Both the position numbers and the translations under genes were made by a program. A stretch of DNA of 64,000 nucleotides. Origin: Eledone cirrhosa. Lineage: Eukaryota. Below, piece by piece: positions 55,742 through 64,000 of this stretch. The notes under the pieces were generated by a model. That model was not told where the DNA came from. It worked only from the letters and a program-made list of their open reading frames with translations, and made no database searches. The first letter of the stretch is position 1. Every line of letters starts with the position of its first letter. The DNA is taken from assembly GCA_964016885.1 (NCBI GenBank), contig OZ024747.1, positions 20,026,001 through 20,090,000 of the forward strand, written 5' to 3'.

Positions 55742-58157
55742 AGTATTAGTTATACTATTTATGGTTATGTAAATACAAAACCTTATGCAGTTATAAGTAT
55801 TTTTTATACACACCCTAAATAGTGGTAGGCAGTAATCTATTACTACCTTATTACCAGTAAGTTAAGTAGCTCAATGTAAAAACATCAGATGATTTACAGA
55901 GCAGTTATATGAAATATAAGAATCAAAGAACTGTTCAAAACATTATTGTGCTTACAGCTGTTTCCTCCAAACCGAGGTTTGGCTTCTTCGGAGCAATTCA
56001 TTAATGCATGGACAGTTATATGACCTCCTTTTCAGCCAAGAGACACACCGATACATATGCAAATATTGTGGGTCAACATTCATTACAGAATTTAGAGTGG
56101 CAGTACACACTTCGAGATTACATTCATGTTAAGAGGTACAATCAAAAATCAAAAATACAGGTTAAAATACAACATGAAGATAAGCGGTTATATAGTGCAA
56201 ATGTTATATGTGTGGCAAGCATGTGCGTCTTGTTTATATAGTGTGGTAGAGAGATGTGTGTGGTAGAGGCACTTAGGTAGGTAAACAAGAGTGTTAGGTT
56301 GGTAGATCTGGTGGCAAATTCTTTATATGATTGATATAGTCTGTGTGTGGAGAAATGTTACAAGCATTAAAAATAGTGCAAGCATTAAAATTGTTAAAAG
56401 TATTGGAGATGCACAGCGAAGGGATGTCAAGTATTTCATGTACTTCGACATTTTCATGGTCAGGGGAGTGTATTTTTCGATTATATGCCACTCACATAAT
56501 CCACGACAATTCGATATTGAGCGTTTGACAATCCAGTTAGAGAATCGTAGTCTGATATTCTTTAGTTCAATACAGGAGGCTGTTACGTTTCGAGAAACGA
56601 CATTGAATACCACCCGGAAGTGTGTGTGTGGCTAAGGGGAGTTAATGCATGCGGGGAGGTAACTCCGGGGTTTCTATACCTAGCTATTAAAATGTGTCAC
56701 AATATAGACCCTAATTTCTATGGTGATGCGCATCCACCCAAACAAATTTTTAAAGCATAAAGTGTATTAACTATAGAGTAGTTTAATTAAGTTATGCTGA
56801 AGGTGTTCATATTATTATGGTGGATTAACCCCCATCGTAAGGTGCCACAAATGGATATTATAGATGATGAGCGAGGATTCTAAATTAATGATCTCTGTGG
56901 TTGTAGTCTACTCATAGGACCAGGCGCGGTGATTGCAGGATTGCTTCAGGACCCAATGATCTCTAGTAAGTTCTGGGTCATCGCTTGCTACATTGGATGT
57001 CGAAAGATAATCATCTCCAGGCCGGCCAGAGGTCAATCCGCAGTCCTCACGACCCCTCTCTGACCGCCAGATCATCCATATATGTACAACCCGCACGCCA
57101 GTTGCAATGCATTCATTCTCTGCGCTCAGCATCCTGGTCCTACTGCTCAACAGCGTTACTAGATTAAATCGTTTTTCATCTGTCTAAGGAAGGTGCTTCC
57201 TCCGCACAACACTATCAAACCGATCAATTCATGCTTAAATTACCTATAGAGCGGTGTAGTGCAGTTCAAGTGGGTGGATGTTGTCACACCTGACGTAGAG
57301 GTATAAATGGGTATTCTCCCTGCGAAGGGTTCCAGAGGGATGTCGATGTTTGTGTTATATTAGATCAGTTAGTGTTGGGTATGTAGTATAAGGTGTGCCT
57401 CTGGTGTTTGATGCTAGATGTGGTGTTTGGTTCCAGTCCGACATTGCTATATATTGGGCTTAAAGTTTTGGAAGGAATGTCTGAAGCGGTGCTGGCAAGT
57501 TGCAAACACCTCAGATTTTTTGTTAAGTAGGTTACGGTTGGAGAAGATAATATTGTGTGTCTCTAGTATACAGAGGTTACAAAATTTATTAGGTGGTTTG
57601 TACGAGGTCGCGCTGCCTATCACTTCCCATTTGAGTGTGTATGGTTTATTTTTAGTTTTTAGATAGTGTATGTAGCTAGAAAGTGAGGTGGAGTTGGCTA
57701 GGCTGTGCTTTTTGAACGAGTGGATGTGCGAATTATATCTGATTTTGAAGCAGTTAGAAGTGGAGCCTACATAGGTTTCTGAAGAGTTGCTAGTCGTGAC
57801 GGTGCATGAGTATATGATATCCTTGGTTAGGCATTTTTTATCTAAAGGGCAGGTTCTATTAGCTCTACAGTTACAATTATCCTGTGCGGAAGTCTGTGTT
57901 GTAGCTATAGGATTTGGGGCGTTCGGGTTGTCAACCCTGGTGTTATTACTTATACTAGTGTTATTTCTATTGTTACTGCCGTTGCTATGGTTGCTTGCTA
58001 CAGAGGTATTTAGAGGGTTTGCATCCCGTTGTGATTTTGTTTGTTGGAAGTAAGAATTAATTTTACTATTATTGCTGCTAGCTATGTGGTATGCTAAGTT
58101 AGGCGTAGTAGAGTATGAGATTTTAATGGTGTTTTTGTTTAAGAGGTTATATTTCAT
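55742..58157 (-). mobile_element. 5'-truncated Penelope-like element: GIY-YIG ORF 57447-58157, long 3' region and HHR 55949-55995
   Basis: IKISYSTTPNL...CNCRANRTCPLDKKCLTKDIIYSC...YVGST...RYNSH...CNLCILE; TGCT-CCGAAGA-[AGCCAAACC tc GGTTTGGAG]-GAAA-CAGCTG-TA-AGCA. Confidence 0.9.
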
Positions 58158-58210
58158 ATATATATATATAGAGGTTATATATATAGAGGTTATATATATA
58201 TATAGAGGTT

Positions 58211-58292
<82 letters not shown>

Positions 58293-58367
58293 TATATATA
58301 TATATAAACATATATATATATCACAGAAAAAAGATAAACAGTGATGCGACGAAAGGAATTTATTGAA

Positions 58368-58459
58368 CATATTACAGATGTTTCTCGGGCAACCAGCTCG
58401 ACGCACGATCCATATGGTGATCACACCGGACTCTGAAAGCAACACGGTCGTCAGATACG
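58368..58459 (-). ncRNA. Hammerhead ribozyme with long stem II
   Basis: CGTAT-CTGACGA-[~60 nt]-GAAA-CATCTG-TA-ATATG; related to 21805-21895. Confidence 0.7.
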
Positions 58460-58487
58460 TCTCGATTCTACGAGGCAGATTTTCCAG

Positions 58488-58527
<40 letters not shown>

Positions 58528-58586
58528 GGTATGTGTTAGACTTTCTTATACGCCATGTATAATCATTTTTCATTACCATTAAAAGG

Positions 58587-58671
58587 GGTCTGACGAGCCG
58601 TGGATTACAGAGTCGGGCTAGATCGATACAGATCGAACCTTGAGCTGATCAGTGGCGAAACACGCGTCACC
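58587..58671 (+). ncRNA. Hammerhead ribozyme with long stem II, intact core
   Basis: GGT-CTGACGA-[GCC..~54 nt..GGC]-GAAA-CACGCG-TC-ACC, followed by AATAAA. Confidence 0.8.
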
Positions 58672-58720
58672 AGCCAATAAACGCAATGAGGGAGTAAGCA
58701 CTTGTTCTTCTTTTATTTTA

Positions 58721-58777
<57 letters not shown>

Positions 58778-59061
58778 AAATTAAGATGAATCAAATGAAT
58801 TTAATCTAAATCAAAATTATGGGTGTCATGCCAGAAAGACATGCGCCATATCACCCGCAAATTAAGCTCTAAGATTCTAACGAGTAGGTCCGAGCATTTT
58901 ATAATAACTAGAAATTGATTAACATATAAATAAACATGAATAATCACGGGAGATAATTTTTACAAGTGTGTAACCACACATAGCTAGGTAGGTAACTAAA
59001 TAAAGTTGACCAGAACTTCAAAAATATTATTCATGTTTATTTATGTTAATCAATTTCTAGT

Positions 59062-59099
<38 letters not shown>

Positions 59100-59156
59100 T
59101 AAGGTTTGTTGGTTCACCTTTCAAGGATTTACACCAGTCCAGCCTCCTGTTATTTC

Positions 59157-59249
<93 letters not shown>

Positions 59250-60018
59250 TATATTAAATGTTCTGTATTCCAAATGCATCTTGAGTTGCAATTATTATTT
59301 TCCCTGTGCTACAATTCATCAGTCGAAATTAATTACTCGAAGTATCCAGGTAAATTACTGATTTGTTATGACATACGTTTTAAAATATCAAATTCAATTA
59401 CTTTGATGTCGCTACTGGTCTCAATGAATAGAACACAATAAGGTGAAATGACATGTCAGGATTTTAGTACTGAACTCAAAATATTAAGATTATTGTTTTG
59501 CTGCTGTAGTAGGTATACAAATATAAAACAAGTATGTTGTTTTAAATAAGATTTTCTACGAGAGTTGGATCCTTCAAACGGACGTCATGCTTTGACGCAT
59601 AGATTTACGGCCCTTGCCATTATGAGTTCAAATCCCGCCGAGGTTAACTTTGCCTTTCATCCTTACGGGGTCGATAAAATAAAGTACCAGTAATGTACTG
59701 GTTAATTGCTGGCCTTGTGCCAAAAGTAGAAACAATTATTTACAGTAATCGTCTGTTGTCATAGTAATTTATGTTGAGACGACTTCATTTCAAATTTAAC
59801 ACACATCACGTTATATATATATGTAACAAAGGCAGTATGGTAAGGAACCAGATGGACCATAACGCACCAGAGTACTCAATACTTAGGGTAGTAGAGTGGG
59901 TAATGGGAAAATGTTCAAGACCCCCGACTGCAGAGCTCAAGCCTTGCGACGGCTATTTCTGGACAGAAATAGCCGTCGAAGCGCCTTGAGCTTCGCCGTC
60001 GGGGTCTTGAATATATTC

Positions 60019-60085
<67 letters not shown>

Positions 60086-63000
60086 TGTGTGGGTGTGTGG
60101 GTGAGTGAAATAGATAGATAAATAAATTGATACTTTGATAGATATATAGCTAGATTCACTGGTACACTACCATTTCTGACATATACCACTCGAAATTAAA
60201 TACACCAATGCATTTAGGTAAATCATTGTGCCATTTCTTAAGTCAGAATCATTGCTGCCATTTCTTAAGTCAGAACTGTCTAAGAGTTATATCGATAGAA
60301 AGAAATGAAAGAGAAATAAGAATAAGAAGTTTAGAAATAAAAAAAAAGACATGGTGTAACAAAAAAGACAAGAAGAATAAAAATTAACATAAAACCAAAA
60401 TGCTGGAACAAAAGAAATGATAAAATGGTGAAATAAGAGAGGAAAGATATTTGAAAAGACAACAGAAGTTTGATACTAAAATGGCAGTGACAAAGGAAAA
60501 CGCTCAAAGAATTCGCTCCACAGACACGACAACATAGTGCCAAGGAAACAGAGCGAATTGGATTGCTATTAGACTAAATGAAATCTCTTGTTCCAACCAC
60601 TTTTATTTAACTACAAACTCCCCCTACTACCAACAATATATACACACAACCTGAGTCGCATATGCAGTCTTATACACTCACCCATATAAACCGAAATATA
60701 TACACACATGCAGAAAAAAACAACACCATACTGAATACAAATAAAACAAATATAAAGAAACAATACACATAAAAGTGTGCATTCAAAAAAGATTTCACGC
60801 ACAACTTCTTACATTTGTTCGCATATACACAGATACACACACAGACAAATATAAAACACAGTCATGTATATCTGCAATACATACATACACATTGAGGTGC
60901 ACATACGTATACTAAACTGTATACATACACAATATGATAACAGATGAATACATTGAGAAATTCTCAAACAACAATTCACACATTTATATGGACACATACA
61001 TACGTGCATAAACGCATTCAAGATATCTATACACATATGCATACATAATGATTTAGTACACATATAAGAAGATGCACACATACACACATATATACACACA
61101 CGTACATTCACACGCGCACACATATACACACACGCACATTCACACACGCACACTACACACACACACGTAAATTCACACACGCACACATATGCACACACGC
61201 ATATTCACACACGCACACGTACATACACACGCGTACAATCACACATGCACACATAAACACACACACATACATTCACACACGCACACTTACACACCCACGG
61301 AAATGCCATCTACTACAATGTAGTGGTTACAATTTCGATATTTAGTGTAAGTGAAAGCAAGGATGGAACTGGAAAAGAACAAGAGATGCTGATTGAAGAT
61401 ACCTAAATAAATGTAAAGTACAACATACTATTAATACGGTGTTCTTATATTGGCAGCAAGCCATATGTTTTTGGGGACGATAAATAGTTCATTGAATCAA
61501 AACATCGGTTTCTAAAAGCTCTCTGTTTTGCTATGTAGCTTACTTACCATTTACTAGACAATGAAAGCACTAACCTCCAAGCCATACGTCTTAATTTCCA
61601 TTTAGTATAAATATTCTATCTAGAAAATAAGCAGAAACGGGTTTTCATATGGTAATAGGTTATTTTTTAATAGATAAAACTTCTCGGAAATAGTTAGCTT
61701 AATTAGCTTGAAAAACCTGAAGGAACGTGTTGATACACAAGCATTAGATTTGCAGAATGTTTGGGCCAAAGATTCTTCATTTTACAACCTACTCTCGAAA
61801 TGTAAAGCGAATTAGACATCTTATTACTACATTTGAACGGATGGATGACTATCAGTGGTCAACTCGGTGAGACTGATCTGTGCCTAAAAACATCGATATT
61901 GCACTACATAAGGATGATTAATGTGTATCTTTGAACAAATACTTACGGAACACATATAGCTAATTTTTTAGTGCAAATGTTAATTTACTGGAGTTCCTAT
62001 ATTCTCCACTTAGTGCATCTGCTCAAATATATAAAAACGAATGTCTATATATGTCCCGTCACTGAAACCTCAACCATTTAATATAATATACAAGTTTTTC
62101 ATTAATAGCATAAATGAAATGTAAATTAATATATATTCAAATTAATATATTCCCATGGAGTTGCAAACTTGCAAAATATACAGACCTTCAATTAGTAGAC
62201 CTTTACTACTACAAACGACCCCGCAATGAAAACAAGGAGTAGAGAAACGTTTGTTGTATAGCCATGACATTTATATGGATATACAAATATTACAACAGGG
62301 CAGTTTATAGCTAAAATATATACATATGTGATGATAGTCAGATGTTTGCTATTTATTCGGTATACCATAGATCATTGCATTGCGAACTGTTCCAATATTA
62401 AAGGCTAAATATACACTCAGTGTTTAACTAACATATTGATATGTCTTACATTATACATTGGAAAAGTGGGGCGATGCACCAATGACATAGTTTAATGTAT
62501 TTAATTAGAAATATCCTTAACTTCAACTAGTTACATAAATCTCGATAATGTAAGTAAAATAATTGATTTAGCAAAACATGTTAAATACAAGTTTGTAATA
62601 GCAGTAACAAGAGCACGTTGAATAATAGCATGGGTGAATTATTCTCAATATGGAAAGGTCGTCAGTAAAATAAAACATGTCCTACTTTAAGGGGATCAAA
62701 TTAAAAAGGATCGTAAAATGTTTAAAAAATAACAGAGTTGAAGATAAGAGAAATGTTGTCCAGGACTTAATTTTTTGTACCGTTAATAATTTTATCTATT
62801 TTTTTTTAATACTACTTGTGTAATAAAATATATTTCTAAAAAAATTTAAATCAATAAAACAAATGGGTATTAAAAGCTTTTTAAAAGGTTTAAAATAATG
62901 TATAATGATATTTTCCTCTTAATTATTTTGAGTAATTGAAACGTAAGTTACTTGAAAGAGAAACACGTTGAACTATAAAATAACGAGTCATAACACTACA

Positions 63001-63108
63001 CACATAATTCTTTATATATATCATTTTAATAGGGAGTTAACCGATATATTCTATATACGCAAACACATATGTATCTATCTCTCTGTATATATATATATAT
63101 ACATACAT

Positions 63109-63164
<56 letters not shown>

Positions 63165-63177
63165 TCACACACACACA

Positions 63178-63258
<81 letters not shown>

Positions 63259-63260
<2 letters not shown>

Positions 63261-63907
63261 CGAAGGAAATGTGGTAAGGAACCAGATGGACCATAACGCA
63301 CCAAAGTACTCAATACTTAGGGTAGTAGAGTGGGTAATAGGAACGAGTAGGACCCCGACGGCTGAGCTCAAGCCGTTTCGACGGCTAATTCTGGACTAAA
63401 TGAACATGTTTATCCTGGTACATGAATAGCCGAGCTTCTCAGGGGGTAATTCCATATATGGTAAAAGTGATTGTCACAAGGATTAGTCAAAAGTTTGTTG
63501 TTGAGACACATAATTCTATCATGGCAATTTGTGGAAGGAAGGGGTAGCTGAACTTGCTTATTGTTCGACTTCCTATCCCTCTACCTCCCTAGTATACTTG
63601 CTTGACCTCCTCCCCTTAGGATCCTGCTGTAGTTGGCACTATCAACGCACGACTGTGTTTCCTCCACTCCCTCTCCCTCTTTCTTCTACGGGCAAGTTCA
63701 GCTACCCCTTCCTTTCACAAATTGCCATGATAGAATTATGTGTCTCAACAACAAAATGTTGACCAATCCTTGTAACAATCACTTTTACCATATATGGAAT
63801 TACCCCCTGAGAAGCTCGGCTATTCATGTACCAGGATAAAAATGTTCATTTAGTCCAGAATTATCCGTAAAACGGCTTGAGCTCAGCCGTCGGGGTCCTA
63901 CTTGTTC

Positions 63908-63910
<3 letters not shown>
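63259..63910. mobile_element. Longest family-F cassette: ~215-bp inverted repeats with full HHR-like motifs (63352-63447 minus, mutated copy 63802-63896 plus)
   Basis: ACCCC-CTGAGAA-[GCTCGGCTA...TAGCCGTC]-GAAA-CGGCTTGAGCTCAGCCG-TC-GGGGT. Confidence 0.75.
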
Positions 63911-63944
<34 letters not shown>

Positions 63945-64000
63945 TGTTATGGCGTTTAACCTTATAATAAGATTTACATCACTATATCCATATGTTGCTT

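Overview
AT-rich, microsatellite-dense eukaryotic window. The SINE and LINE repertoire suggests an octopod cephalopod (inference). No intact host protein-coding gene is recognisable, and most predicted ORFs are (TA)n/(CA)n artefacts. Contents: (1) a frameshifted Tx1/L1-type LINE (minus, ~34.75-40.83 kb) next to three Dong/R4-type RLE LINE copies (plus, 40.85-47.28 kb), all bounded by (TAA)n; (2) four Penelope-like element (PLE) GIY-YIG 3' fragments; (3) about 18 copies of one ~185-bp tRNA-type SINE plus other SINE and RTE remnants; (4) a non-autonomous Helitron with an internal minisatellite. The main result, invisible in the ORF track, is roughly 25-30 type-I hammerhead ribozyme (HHR) motifs counted by eye, intact or degenerate, from more than 10 sequence families. 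They lie in short non-coding foldback or direct-repeat cassettes embedded in (TA)n. Several have unusual long stem II inserts or recurrent core variants. All structures were read by eye; nothing was computed or searched.
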